A DNA stretch of 64,000 bases, taken from the NCBI GenBank assembly GCA_016198755.1, contig JACQIB010000003.1, forward strand, positions 6,767-70,766. Direction: 5' to 3'. Origin of the DNA: Candidatus Aenigmatarchaeota archaeon (GTDB lineage Archaea; Aenigmatarchaeota; Aenigmatarchaeia; Aenigmatarchaeales; JACQIB01). This document shows, piece by piece, positions 10,296 to 19,954 of this stretch. The translations under genes and the position numbers were made by a program. The notes below the pieces were generated by a model. That model searched no databases and was not told the DNA's origin. It saw nothing but the letters and a program-made list of their open reading frames with translations. Position 1 is the stretch's first letter; each line of letters begins with the position of its first letter.

Positions 10296-10799
10296 CTATT
10301 GCTGTACCTGTGGATGTACTTCCACATATTCTTCAGTTTCCTCTACTGCAGGTTCAGGTTCAGCAGCCCCTTCCAAAGCCCTCAGTCTGTCATCAAAAGC
10401 AGCAATAGCAGCAGAAAACCCCTTTTTCATGTCACTCAGTCTATTTTCAATATCTATGGCCTTTTCAGCAACCCTATCCAAATGATCTTTTACCTCAGCT
10501 CTTACAGAATCTTTATGTTTTTCTAAACTCTCTTCAATTCCACCCAATGTAACATTTTGAGTTTCCTTTGTCTTTATGAAAGATACCATATCCAGTACAT
10601 GTGTCTCTATTGTAGACAGCTTTTTTTCAAAAGCCCCAAAAACTTCATGATTTCCGTGCTTTCCAACTGAGTATTTTATTGCTACAAGATCAATTATCAC
10701 AACTCCTGACAGAAGAACAATGACATTATAGCCTGCAGCCTGCACAGCAATCAGAATTAAGGCTAGTATAGATAATACCCACGAAAGCTTTGAGACCAT
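10296..10799 (-). CDS. Hypothetical membrane protein with coiled-coil and acidic tail
   Basis: Two N-terminal hydrophobic helices, then a heptad-like region and an acidic C-terminus. Inserted between L11 and L1. Confidence 0.5.
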   Translation of the reverse strand: MVSKLSWVLSILALILIAVQAAGYNVIVLLSGVVIIDLVAIKYSVGKHGNHEVFGAFEKKLSTIETHVLDMVSFIKTKETQNVTLGGIEESLEKHKDSVRAEVKDHLDRVAEKAIDIENRLSDMKKGFSAAIAAFDDRLRALEGAAEPEPAVEETEEYVEVHPQVQQ

Positions 10800-10824
10800 A
10801 GCAAATTTAGTCCAATAAAAGGAT

Positions 10825-11328
10825 TTAAGCCTGTAATTTTGAGTCTAATTTACCCTCTTCTATCTCTTTCATTACTTCCTTCGGGTTCTTTTCATCTACC
10901 TGTGCCCCAAAGCTTACGCAGCTTCCAACAACCTGTTTTACACCAGCTTTCAGGCTTTTGCTCTTAAGGCTGCCTTCTTTTGACTTGGCGATTTTAACAA
11001 CAGTATCAAATGAAACAGACCCAACAGGTGGTTCCTTCCAAGCTGTTTTTGCCAGCTTTTCAACCTTTAACTCTTTTTTTATCAGCTGTGAAACAGAGGG
11101 TGTTCCAACAGTAAGTTCAAACTCTTTTGTACCTGTATCCACAGAAACTTCCACTGGCACCTGTATACCTGCAAACTCTTTTGTTTTATCATTTATAGCA
11201 GAAACAATCTGCTGTATGTTCACTTTTAGCGGTGCAAGTGTTGGACCCAAAGGAGGTCCAGCAGAGGCTTTCCCTCCCTCAACCAATAATTTAAGATTTA
11301 CTTTCCCCACTTTTACCACCTTTTTCAA
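10825..11328 (-). CDS. rpl11: Ribosomal protein uL11
   Basis: GGKASAGPPLGPTLAPLKVNI motif, cluster context. Confidence 0.9.
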   Translation of the reverse strand: MKKVVKVGKVNLKLLVEGGKASAGPPLGPTLAPLKVNIQQIVSAINDKTKEFAGIQVPVEVSVDTGTKEFELTVGTPSVSQLIKKELKVEKLAKTAWKEPPVGSVSFDTVVKIAKSKEGSLKSKSLKAGVKQVVGSCVSFGAQVDEKNPKEVMKEIEEGKLDSKLQA

Positions 11329-11758
11329 AGCTTTCTATAAGTCTTACAGAATCCAAAGGAACGCTTATAGGTATTGGAATTGCAGCTTCCAGCATTTCTA
11401 TTGTTACTTCTTCTTTCGATTCATCCACCCTAGTAACCCTTCCTCTCTCATTCTTAAATGGACCACCCATGACCTCTACAATATCCCCTTTATTGATTTT
11501 TATCTCAGTTCTTTTAGTTTCCAAAAATCTCTTAATATCAGCAAGTGCAACCTCTTTTCTTATTATTCCCCTTATATGCGGTATACCGGCAGCAGTCTTT
11601 TCTATACTTTCAATATTCCCTTCTACAAACAGGTATCCCTTTAATTCCTCAGGATGGAAAACTGCCCTAACATCAGTTCCCATATTCCTTGCTCTGTTAG
11701 ACAAAGTCTCAATAACAGCATTTTCCCTCCCAACTGTTGTTCTTAATGTAACAATCAT
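11291..11758 (-). CDS. spt5: Transcription elongation factor Spt5 (NusG)
   Basis: NGN domain followed by KOW motif GDIVEVMGGPFKNERGRVTRVD. Located between secE and L11. Confidence 0.85.
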   Translation of the reverse strand: MIVTLRTTVGRENAVIETLSNRARNMGTDVRAVFHPEELKGYLFVEGNIESIEKTAAGIPHIRGIIRKEVALADIKRFLETKRTEIKINKGDIVEVMGGPFKNERGRVTRVDESKEEVTIEMLEAAIPIPISVPLDSVRLIESFEKGGKSGESKS

Positions 11759-11959
11759 TTAAACACCCAAAACTTTTGATATTCCAAACTGGAAAAGCAG
11801 GAAAAGTGCAAATCCCATAAATCCAATAATCGCAATCCCTATCGTTGTGACCCTTGCAGAAGTAACAAATTCTTCCTTATCTGGTTTTGTTGCCACTTCC
11901 ATAACCCTTCTGTACTCTAACAATTTCTCCTTTATTCGGGTAAAAAATCCTATTATCAT
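11759..11959 (-). CDS. secE: Preprotein translocase SecE / Sec61 gamma
   Basis: 66 aa with a single C-terminal TM helix and the KPDKEEF motif. Conserved position upstream of spt5. Confidence 0.7.
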   Translation of the reverse strand: MIIGFFTRIKEKLLEYRRVMEVATKPDKEEFVTSARVTTIGIAIIGFMGFALFLLFQFGISKVLGV

Positions 11960-12020
11960 TTTTCTCCCTCAGAACCATTTCCTATGGTATAGAAGAGTAT
12001 TTAAGCCTTTTCTCTCCCCT

Positions 12021-13103
12021 TTAAACGAAATCTATTCCAAGTATCTTTTCAATCTCTTTTTCCTGCTTTTTACTGAAAGGTTTTACAGCAGAGTAAATGT
12101 TCGGAGCCTTTACCCCCGTAACAACGATCATGGCTCTTACCATATCCCCCATTTCCTTGTTTATCTGTGCACCCCAAATGATTTTTGAATCCTGAGAAAG
12201 CTTGCTGCTTACACCCTCAACAATCTGCTGGCATTCTTTCACTGATACATCTGTCCCGCCGACAATATTCACAAGTGCTCCACTGGCACCATCGATATCC
12301 ACATCCAAGAGAGGGTTGTTCAGAGCCTTTTGAACTGCTTCCAGAGCTCTGCTGTCTGTATCACTCTCACCCAATCCAATCATAGCCATTCCGCCGCCAG
12401 TCATTACAGCCTTTACATCAGCAAAATCCAGATTTACCAATCCCGGTTTTGTAACAAGCTCTGTTATACCCTTTACAGCATTAGCCAAAATCTCATCTGA
12501 AACCTTGAATGCCTGTGAAAGTGAAACATCCGGAACCACTTCCAGCAATTTGTCATTTGGCACAACAATTATTGTATCCACATTCTGTTCCAGCTTTTCG
12601 AGGCCATATCTTGCATTATCCATCCTGTGCCTTCCTTCCATTGTAAACGGAAGTGTAACAATTCCAACAACAAGAGCCCCAATCTTTTTTCCAATTTCAG
12701 CAACAACCGGTGCAGCTCCTGTACCAGTCCCGCCTCCCAGTCCACATGTAATAAAAATCATGTCCGAGCCCTGCAAAGCCTCCTTTATATCTTCCCTATT
12801 TTCCTTTGCAGCCTCCTCTCCAACATTAGGGTCAGCTCCTGCTCCCAATCCTCTTGTTAGTTCCTTTCCAATCAAAACTTTCTGGTCGGCATCTGTGTAA
12901 AGCAAATCCTGTGCATCAGTATTTACAGCAACAATCTCAGCTCCCATTATACCAACAGAACTTATCCTTGAAACCGTGTTGTTTCCAGCCCCTCCAACAC
13001 CAACAACCTTTATTATAGCCTGTTTCATCTCAAGCATTTTTCTTATATCATCATCCTTTTCAGATGTTCTGGATGACTTTTCACCCGAAGATTTTGTTGC
13101 CAT
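12021..13103 (-). CDS. ftsZ: Cell division GTPase FtsZ
   Basis: Tubulin signature GGGTGTGAAPVVA, NTDAQ motif, T7 loop region. Confidence 0.95.
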   Translation of the reverse strand: MATKSSGEKSSRTSEKDDDIRKMLEMKQAIIKVVGVGGAGNNTVSRISSVGIMGAEIVAVNTDAQDLLYTDADQKVLIGKELTRGLGAGADPNVGEEAAKENREDIKEALQGSDMIFITCGLGGGTGTGAAPVVAEIGKKIGALVVGIVTLPFTMEGRHRMDNARYGLEKLEQNVDTIIVVPNDKLLEVVPDVSLSQAFKVSDEILANAVKGITELVTKPGLVNLDFADVKAVMTGGGMAMIGLGESDTDSRALEAVQKALNNPLLDVDIDGASGALVNIVGGTDVSVKECQQIVEGVSSKLSQDSKIIWGAQINKEMGDMVRAMIVVTGVKAPNIYSAVKPFSKKQEKEIEKILGIDFV

Positions 13104-13124
13104 GATGAGAAAACAGTCTAATAA

Positions 13125-13140
13125 CCATATAAGCTTTTCT
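13125..13140 (-). promoter_or_regulatory. BRE/TATA-like element upstream of ftsZ
   Basis: Reads AGAAAAGCTTATATGG on the minus strand, centred about 26 nt upstream of the ftsZ ATG. Matches the recurring AAAGCTT-TA(T/A)-rich motif. Implies a leaderless or very short leader. Confidence 0.45.
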
Positions 13141-13158
13141 AGAGTTTTATAAGAGAAC

Positions 13159-13800
13159 TTATAATGCAGGTTCCTGCTCTTTCACGGTTTCAGTGGGCTT
13201 GAAAATTTCCGAGAATTTCACGGTTTCAAAGCCTAAAAGCTTGTTCAAATCCTTTGATATCCTGTTTTTTATTGCAGGGTGTATCAGCGGTGGGGCTGTA
13301 ATATCAACTTCCTTCCCTTTCTCTGCAACAGAAATCTTCTCTCCCTCTATTTTTGTATAGTATCCTACAAGAGCCTTAACCTTATTCTCAATTCCTTCAA
13401 TCTTTGACTTTATTTCCACATCATAAATAAGTATTTTTCCAGCTAATGGATGGTTAAAATCAACCTTAACCCGCCCGCTTGAAACAGACAGAACCCTTCC
13501 GCGAAGATTGTCTGCTTCAACAAACATGCCAGGATAAGGGTTTGTATTATGCTTCTTGAACTCGTTTTCCGGTATAAGCTTAATTAAATCTTCTCTTCTT
13601 GATCCAAACCCATCCTCAGGCTTTATTTCAATAGTTTTCTTTTCCCCAACATTCATACTTTGTAAAGAAGTATCCAAACCAGTAATAACAAACCCGCTTC
13701 CTATAACTATTGATATCTCTTCATTCTTGTCAAAAACCTCCCCACCTTCCTTTAGCTTCCCAGTGTAAGCTATTTTTACGAAATCTCCCTTCTCCATCAA
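13159..13800 (-). CDS. FKBP-type peptidyl-prolyl isomerase (SlyD-like, archaeal long form)
   Basis: GDFVKIAYTGKL..GGEVFD, insert-in-flap region, VDFNHPLAGK. Confidence 0.85.
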   Translation of the reverse strand: MMEKGDFVKIAYTGKLKEGGEVFDKNEEISIVIGSGFVITGLDTSLQSMNVGEKKTIEIKPEDGFGSRREDLIKLIPENEFKKHNTNPYPGMFVEADNLRGRVLSVSSGRVKVDFNHPLAGKILIYDVEIKSKIEGIENKVKALVGYYTKIEGEKISVAEKGKEVDITAPPLIHPAIKNRISKDLNKLLGFETVKFSEIFKPTETVKEQEPAL

Positions 13801-13845
13801 ATCACTTTTTCTATAGGACTGTATACACTTATAAATCTGCCTTCC

Positions 13846-13860
13846 AAAGCGAATTTAAGC
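13846..13860 (+). promoter_or_regulatory. BRE/TATA-like element upstream of the 13882 regulator gene
   Basis: AAAGCGAATTTAAGC, centred about 27 nt upstream of the ATG at 13882. Confidence 0.35.
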
Positions 13861-13881
13861 TAGTATGTAGAATAAAGAATA

Positions 13882-14640
13882 ATGGCAAACCCTCTACAGG
13901 AAGAGCTGCTTTCTATGCTGTCTTCTACAGGAATGTTCCATGATATGGAATCAAAAGTACTGCGTGGTCTGCTTTCTCTTCGTTCCAATGGAAAAAAGAA
14001 GGTCTCTGCAGCTGAAATAGCTTCAGCAGCTTCAATTTCAGTTACAAATACATACAAATATCTTTATTCCCTTGAAATGAAAGGTGTTGTAGAGACAAAC
14101 AAGGAAAAGAACAAGCTCTTCTGGCTCTCTTCCTCTTCAAATCCATTTCCAAGGCTTTTCAGCTTTGTTGGCCAAGACTACCTGAAAAAGAAAGATGCTT
14201 TTAAAAAGCTGGAAAATATTTACGACAGGCTCGTTCCAATAGACAGGAATATCTGGCTTGGAGAGAAAATACATTCAGAGTATAACGGAAACTTCCGTGA
14301 ACGTGCAGCTTTCCTGTTGGATATAGCAAAGGAGGAAGTTCTTATAACCACTTCCCGCGCTTTAAAGGATTTTGTAATTCTGGATGCTGTAGGAAGAGCT
14401 CTGAAACGCGGAATATCAGTTAAAATAATATCTTCAGAATCAGAGCCGGAAACAACTGAAAAGCTCAAGACTCTGGGTGCAGACATAAGGTTTGGAAACT
14501 TTTCACAATCCCTTATTGTTGTGGATAACAGGCACGGAATTACATTAGACAATTCTGAAGGTGGCTTATGGTTCCTTAACTATAGCACAGATTATAAGAG
14601 GAAGTTTACCTCATACTGGAATGGATCAGAGGCGCTATAA
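13882..14640 (+). CDS. Winged-helix transcriptional regulator, TrmB-like with C-terminal PLD-like domain
   Basis: N-terminal wHTH-like segment (SAAEIASAASISVTNTYKYLYSLEMKGVV). The C-terminal region resembles the TrmB effector/PLD-like fold. Assignment made by pattern only. Confidence 0.5.
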   Translation: MANPLQEELLSMLSSTGMFHDMESKVLRGLLSLRSNGKKKVSAAEIASAASISVTNTYKYLYSLEMKGVVETNKEKNKLFWLSSSSNPFPRLFSFVGQDYLKKKDAFKKLENIYDRLVPIDRNIWLGEKIHSEYNGNFRERAAFLLDIAKEEVLITTSRALKDFVILDAVGRALKRGISVKIISSESEPETTEKLKTLGADIRFGNFSQSLIVVDNRHGITLDNSEGGLWFLNYSTDYKRKFTSYWNGSEAL

Positions 14641-15401
14641 TGATAGAGAAGAATATAGAGTTTCTTAACTCAAAAACAGAAAAGCTATCCGGAATACTTA
14701 CTTTACCTGATGGGGAGCCAAAAGCAAAAGCCCTGTTAGCACATGGCATGTATTATTATAAGAGTGAAGATGGTGTTTTTGATCATTTGGCCGAAAAACT
14801 TGCAAAAGCAGGGATAGCTTCCTTACGCTTTGACTTTACAGCCCACGGGGATAGTCAAGGAAACTTTATAGACTTCACGTTGGAGCAGGAACTATCTGAC
14901 TTTTCAAAAGCATATTCTTATCTAAACTCAGCCTTCCCACAAACCAAGAAAACAATACTCATAGGAACAAGCTTTGGCTGCGTTCCAGTGGTTCTTTCCA
15001 AGCTGCCAGCAGATGCCGTTGTTTTACTAAACCCTTCTGTCTCCGGTGTCACTAGAAGAAATACTTACGACAGGCTCGTTGAGAACTGGGAAGCCCTTTT
15101 GGAAAAACAGGGCTACATTAAACATTGGAAAAAGGGTTACAAAATCTCAAAGACATTTATGAAAGAAACACTAGAAATAAATCTTGTAGAGCATGCAGGA
15201 AAATTAAAAGGCCCCCTTCTTTTCGTGCACGGAGACAAGGATGATTTGGCTCCAATAAAGGAATCAAAAGAACTGTTTGCTGCAGCAAGCGAACCCAAAA
15301 AATTCGTTACCCTGCACGGCGTAGCCCATGGTTTTCATACTAAAAAATCAGAAGCACAGATGATTCGCACAGTTATGGAGTGGCTTGGAAAAACCTTATG
15401 A
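14640..15401 (+). CDS. Alpha/beta hydrolase
   Basis: Nucleophile elbow GTSFGC, late Asp (HGDKDDLAP) and His (HGVAHGF). Confidence 0.75.
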   Translation: MIEKNIEFLNSKTEKLSGILTLPDGEPKAKALLAHGMYYYKSEDGVFDHLAEKLAKAGIASLRFDFTAHGDSQGNFIDFTLEQELSDFSKAYSYLNSAFPQTKKTILIGTSFGCVPVVLSKLPADAVVLLNPSVSGVTRRNTYDRLVENWEALLEKQGYIKHWKKGYKISKTFMKETLEINLVEHAGKLKGPLLFVHGDKDDLAPIKESKELFAAASEPKKFVTLHGVAHGFHTKKSEAQMIRTVMEWLGKTL

Positions 15402-18101
15402 GATTAAAATTCCCGGCTTCCCAGGTTCAGCATTCCCAGCTTTTTGTTCTTTGCTTTTTTCAGCCTGTTCAATTGTTATTTTTGCAGAAAACTGTTTTTC
15501 AAAAAAGTTTTTAGCTCCATTTAAGTATTCAAACTCTTTTTTTGATCCAAAAACAAGATCTTGCTGCGGTCTTTTTTTCTGTAACTTCTGGAAGTAACCT
15601 GCTGCAGCATTCCCCTGTTTTCTTATACTATCTATTTTCATTATTTCAGAAAGCTGCTTTCCGTTTCTATACATTCCATAAACAGAATATTTCCATTCAT
15701 GTGAAACTATAATTTTTATCTCTTTCGGCTTCCCTATACCAGAAACTCTCTTTATCTCCTCTATATCCCTTGCAGTTTCCCTTACAATTTCTTCCCCGTC
15801 CTCAGCTTCCTGTTCCATATCTTTATCTGAAAATTCTGCCCATTCTTGCTCAGAAACCAATCCCTTTTCACCCAAAATCCTCCATGCCTCCTCAGCAGAG
15901 AAAGGCATAAACAATGAAAGAGCTTTTATCCAAGTCCCAAGCAGGATTTTGTTAATACCTGTTCCACCCCTCTTTTTGAACCAGCTTATATCTGAAATAA
16001 CTGAGAAAAATATAATATCAGCAGCCTTCTTTATTTCCCTTGCTTCCAAAGCTTTTCCAGCCTCAACAACAGCTCTTGTAATCCTGCTTTCTATCCACTT
16101 ATCTATACCAGACTTTCCAGCCTTCCCTTTCAATTCCCCAACAAGCCTAAGCCAGTTTGATACATGCTTTGCATAGATATCACACTCTTCATTCTTCCAG
16201 TCAAAATCATCCCATTGGTTTGTTCCATGTGCCACATACAGCCTTATTGTATCAGCACCCCACTTCTTAATTGCCTGATCCCAGAAAATCACATTCCCTA
16301 AGTGTTTACTCATCTTCTTCCCATAAGCAATCAAATGCCAGTTTACTGAAATGCCGCGTGGCCAATATTTTTCAGGGAAAATTGCAGTATGATGGAAAAT
16401 AAAGAACGGAAAATGAACCTGTTTATGTTCCTTTCCGGCAGCATTCAAATCCAGCGGATACCAGTATTCAAACTCTTTTCTTATAGTTTTCCACACAGCT
16501 TTGTCTGGTTTACCCTTCCCAAGGAAAACAAAATCAAAAAACTCATCTGTGAGGTCTTTAAGGCTTATCTTTTGCTCATTGAAAAACTTTGAAACAATAT
16601 AGAAAGCCATGTAAATAGTGGAATCAGACAGAGCCTCCACAATCCAGCCCTTTTCAAACGGAAATTCTGTTCCCAATCCCCTGCGCCTAACACATGGCCT
16701 CGCATCAAGCCAGTCTACTATAGCAGGCAGCTCAGCTTTATACTCTTTCGGATAAACATCCATTGTTTCTATACACTTCTTTGCTTTCTCTTTCCATTTT
16801 TCATTCCCATAATCAATAAACCACTGCCCTTTCACAGCCTTAACAACAATCTCAGCCCCGCACCTGCAGTGTATAGGTTTTACACTGAACTCGTATATTG
16901 CATCTGCTTTTCCCTTCTCTTTCAGCCACTCCACAATCCTTGCCTTTGCTTTAGGAACGGCCAATCCACCCAGTACAGGTACTGATTGCATAATTTTTCC
17001 CCTAGACCATTCTAGTTTGTAAACCTCTTTCACAAGTTCCTCTATTTTCTGGTCATCTGTACTAGTTATTTTATTTTGCTTTATCAGCTCACCAGCAGCA
17101 TCAGCTTCCAGCCCTTCCGTTTCAACAACCTGTATAGGTTTTATCTCAGGTTTAGCTTTGTTTAGGTTTATCCAGTCAAAAGGATCATGTGCAGGCACGG
17201 ACATGACAATTCCAGTTGCCTGTACAGAATCCACAAATCCACCAGCCAAAACCTCTAATTCTTTCCCATTAAATGGACTTTTAACCTTCTTTCCCAGCAG
17301 TTCCTTCCCATAAACACTTCCAATTATCTCCACTTTCTTATCCAGCAGTCTCAGCTTTTCAACAGCTCCCTCAGAGACAATCCAAACCTCCCCCCCAACT
17401 TTTGCTTTAACATACTTCCCTTCAGGAGAGATCCAGAGGTTTGTTGCCCCAGGCAGTGTTTCAGGCCTGAGAGTTGCAGCAGGGAAAACAATGTTCCCCT
17501 CTCCAATAAACTTTATAATCACAAAGTCCTTTATCTGCGCTCCCTTCCACTCTGAAATATCAGCCTCTGCAGGATCTAAACTAACAGGATTCTGATCATT
17601 TGGACACCAAGCCAGCCTATAGTCTCTCTGCACCAAGTACCCAGCTTCTTTCAGTTTCCTCATCTGCCACTGAACAAACCTGTTATACTGTGGTTGTATC
17701 GTTGAAACAACTTCCCTTGTGTCTAAAGAAAGTCCCAAATCCCTGAAAGCTTCAATCATTTTCCCTTCCAAGTACCTATCCACATCTATTGCAGTCTTAA
17801 ACTTTTTAACCTCTTCTTGCGGAATCCCATACTTTTTCGCTTCCTCCAAATCTTTTTTGCATTTATCCAGAATTTTCTGGCAGTCTATACCAGTAGCATG
17901 GAATCCAAGCGGGAAAAGTACATTAAATCCTTTCATCCTCTTGTATCTGGCTACAATGTCCGGCAAAGTATAGGAACGTGCATGCCCAACATGAAGTGTT
18001 CCGGAAACAGTTGGGTATGCAAAAAGCATATACCACTTCTTCCCCTTTCCAGCTTTCGGCTCAAAAACACCTTCTTTTGCCCACTCCTTCTTCCAGTCCA
18101 T
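15396..18101 (-). CDS. leuS: Leucyl-tRNA synthetase
   Basis: HIGH variant HVGHARSY, KMSKHLGN, CP1 editing insertion, 901 aa. Confidence 0.95.
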   Translation of the reverse strand: MDWKKEWAKEGVFEPKAGKGKKWYMLFAYPTVSGTLHVGHARSYTLPDIVARYKRMKGFNVLFPLGFHATGIDCQKILDKCKKDLEEAKKYGIPQEEVKKFKTAIDVDRYLEGKMIEAFRDLGLSLDTREVVSTIQPQYNRFVQWQMRKLKEAGYLVQRDYRLAWCPNDQNPVSLDPAEADISEWKGAQIKDFVIIKFIGEGNIVFPAATLRPETLPGATNLWISPEGKYVKAKVGGEVWIVSEGAVEKLRLLDKKVEIIGSVYGKELLGKKVKSPFNGKELEVLAGGFVDSVQATGIVMSVPAHDPFDWINLNKAKPEIKPIQVVETEGLEADAAGELIKQNKITSTDDQKIEELVKEVYKLEWSRGKIMQSVPVLGGLAVPKAKARIVEWLKEKGKADAIYEFSVKPIHCRCGAEIVVKAVKGQWFIDYGNEKWKEKAKKCIETMDVYPKEYKAELPAIVDWLDARPCVRRRGLGTEFPFEKGWIVEALSDSTIYMAFYIVSKFFNEQKISLKDLTDEFFDFVFLGKGKPDKAVWKTIRKEFEYWYPLDLNAAGKEHKQVHFPFFIFHHTAIFPEKYWPRGISVNWHLIAYGKKMSKHLGNVIFWDQAIKKWGADTIRLYVAHGTNQWDDFDWKNEECDIYAKHVSNWLRLVGELKGKAGKSGIDKWIESRITRAVVEAGKALEAREIKKAADIIFFSVISDISWFKKRGGTGINKILLGTWIKALSLFMPFSAEEAWRILGEKGLVSEQEWAEFSDKDMEQEAEDGEEIVRETARDIEEIKRVSGIGKPKEIKIIVSHEWKYSVYGMYRNGKQLSEIMKIDSIRKQGNAAAGYFQKLQKKRPQQDLVFGSKKEFEYLNGAKNFFEKQFSAKITIEQAEKSKEQKAGNAEPGKPGILIS

Positions 18102-18167
18102 GAGAGTTAGTTTAGCCGATTTCTATTTAAATTGCTCCCTCTAAAGCTTAACTGCCCTCTCTAATGA

Positions 18168-18292
18168 GCCCCCCTAGTTTTTGGGGAAAGCTCAGCATGG
18201 ATGGAGCGCCTGACTTCTAACGAGCGTTAGAAGATCTGACAACAGATGAAGAAATCAGGAGGTCGCGGGTTCAAATCCCGTGGGGGGCACCA
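18168..18292 (+). tRNA. tRNA-Arg(TCT), two intervening sequences, CCA encoded
   Basis: Acceptor GCCCCCC/GGGGGGC, D arm GCTC-AGCATGGATG-GAGC, anticodon stem CCTGA/TCAGG, anticodon TCT at 18216-18218, T arm GCGGG-TTCAAAT-CCCGT. A 34-nt intron (18220-18253) sits at 37/38 with bulge-helix-bulge helix CTTC:GAAG. An extra 13 nt (18177-18189) lies between position 9 and the D stem, flanked by CCCC/GGGG pairing. Confidence 0.8.
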
Positions 18293-18295
18293 AAT

Positions 18296-18309
18296 CAGCT
18301 TTTTATTCC
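18296..18309 (+). promoter_or_regulatory. BRE/TATA-like element upstream of minD; its T-run may also terminate the tRNA-Arg transcript
   Basis: CAGCTTTTTATTCC, centred about 27 nt upstream of the ATG at 18330. The five-T run lies directly 3' of the tRNA. Confidence 0.4.
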
Positions 18310-18329
18310 TGTAGAACCTAGAAATACGC

Positions 18330-19094
18330 ATGACAACCGTTGTTTCTATAGTAAGCGGAAAGGGTGGTGTGGGTAAAACCACCACTACTTTAAACCTTGC
18401 TGCAGCTCTTGCAGAGAGGGATCATTATGTTACTGTTGTTGACGGAAATCTAACAACCCCAAACATAAGCCTTCACTTGGGAATTCCGTTGTTTCCAACA
18501 ACTTTACATGATGTTCTGCAGGGAAAAATAGACATAACAAAAGCAGTCTATATACACGAGTCTGGAGTAAGGGTTGTTCCAGCCTCCCTTTCAGTTGAAA
18601 ACCTAAAGGGAATAAAGGCTTCAGATTTGCAGAGAGCACTTGATCCTTTGGTGGAGAGAAAGGGCTGGATTCTGCTGGATGGTGCAGCTGGTTTGGGAAA
18701 GGAAGCTAGGACAGTTATGAGGGTTTCTGATACTTCCATAATTGTAACAAATCCTGAAATTCCTGCTGTTACAGATGCCCTAAAAGCAATAAAAGTTGCA
18801 AATCAGATTGGAACTCCTGTTGCAGGTGTTATAATAAACAGATGGACAGGAAAAAAACATCAAATGACTCTAAATAATATTTTTGAGATGCTTGAAAAGC
18901 CAATTCTGGGTGTTGTACCTGAGGACCAGAAAATACAAGAGTGTATTTCCCAGAAAAAGATGTTCTTCCATACACATCCGCAGAGTAGGACAGCTTACAG
19001 GTACAGGTATATTGTTTCAAATATTTTAGGCCAGCCATATCCAAGGCCAACAGGCTTAACAGGAGCCTTCAAGAGAACTTTCCTAAACTACTAG
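18330..19094 (+). CDS. minD: MinD/ParA-family ATPase
   Basis: Deviant Walker A GKGGVGKTTTTLNLAAALA, 254 aa. Confidence 0.85.
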   Translation: MTTVVSIVSGKGGVGKTTTTLNLAAALAERDHYVTVVDGNLTTPNISLHLGIPLFPTTLHDVLQGKIDITKAVYIHESGVRVVPASLSVENLKGIKASDLQRALDPLVERKGWILLDGAAGLGKEARTVMRVSDTSIIVTNPEIPAVTDALKAIKVANQIGTPVAGVIINRWTGKKHQMTLNNIFEMLEKPILGVVPEDQKIQECISQKKMFFHTHPQSRTAYRYRYIVSNILGQPYPRPTGLTGAFKRTFLNY

Positions 19095-19954
19095 GATAGC
19101 GTAATTAACAAAACTCCAATAATCATTATAATAGAACCTATTAATCTCTCCTTAATGTTTTTTTCTCCAAAAACCATATAGCCTGCTATTACACCAAATA
19201 CTATGATCAATCTTTTTATTGAAATAACATAAGCTACAAGCGTTGTGTTAATAGCCAGCATAAATGTTATGCTCATTAAAGCGGCGCTCAAGCCTATTGG
19301 CAAAAGCCATTTTAAATTGGTTCTAATACCTTTCACTCCGCCAGTTGATTTATGTAACATTATAGGCAGCATAACTGCGGCTATAGCCATATTATTTGCT
19401 ATCAGCCAAAATATTGGAGAGGAATTTTGCAGGCCAATTTTGTCCAGATTTGCTGCAATACTCCAGATAAAAGCCACTATAAGCATCAACCTTGGTCCAG
19501 ATCCCCGTAACAGTGCTTTGAAAGGCTCAAAGAAGCCCTTGTGCAGTTCTCTTATGTTCAGTACATAAGAGCCGAGAAAACCAAGCAAAACCCCAATTAT
19601 ACCCAAAGTGTTTGGCAGTTCATTGATCAATATCGGGGAAGTTATTAACATGAATGCAGGTGTAAAGGAAGCCATAGGAACTGTGACAGAAATATCAGAA
19701 GTCGAGAGTGCTTTTGAATAGAGTATATAGGATGCAGCATAGAGTACGGCTGCTATAATCAATGTAGGAAAAAATAAGGTCCCGATTTTCGGAATTTCTA
19801 TAAAGAAAAGCAACGGCAGCAGGAATGGCAAAGTAAAAAATATACCTGAAAAAGAAGCTGTATACACATCCACCTTTTCTAAACTCTTCTTGCTTGTTAT
19901 ATCCCTAAGGTTTGTAAATAAAGCAGTTAACAGAGACAGTATCAACCAAAACAT
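19091..19954 (-). CDS. EamA/DMT-family transporter
   Basis: About 10 TM helices in two 5-TM halves, 287 aa. Confidence 0.7.
   Translation of the reverse strand: MFWLILSLLTALFTNLRDITSKKSLEKVDVYTASFSGIFFTLPFLLPLLFFIEIPKIGTLFFPTLIIAAVLYAASYILYSKALSTSDISVTVPMASFTPAFMLITSPILINELPNTLGIIGVLLGFLGSYVLNIRELHKGFFEPFKALLRGSGPRLMLIVAFIWSIAANLDKIGLQNSSPIFWLIANNMAIAAVMLPIMLHKSTGGVKGIRTNLKWLLPIGLSAALMSITFMLAINTTLVAYVISIKRLIIVFGVIAGYMVFGEKNIKERLIGSIIMIIGVLLITLS

Noticed and set aside
13098-13125. ATGATGA near the ftsZ start, considered as a C/D-box sRNA C box
   Set aside because: No matching D box (CTGA) or terminal stem lies at an appropriate distance. The sequence is explained by the ftsZ start codon context.
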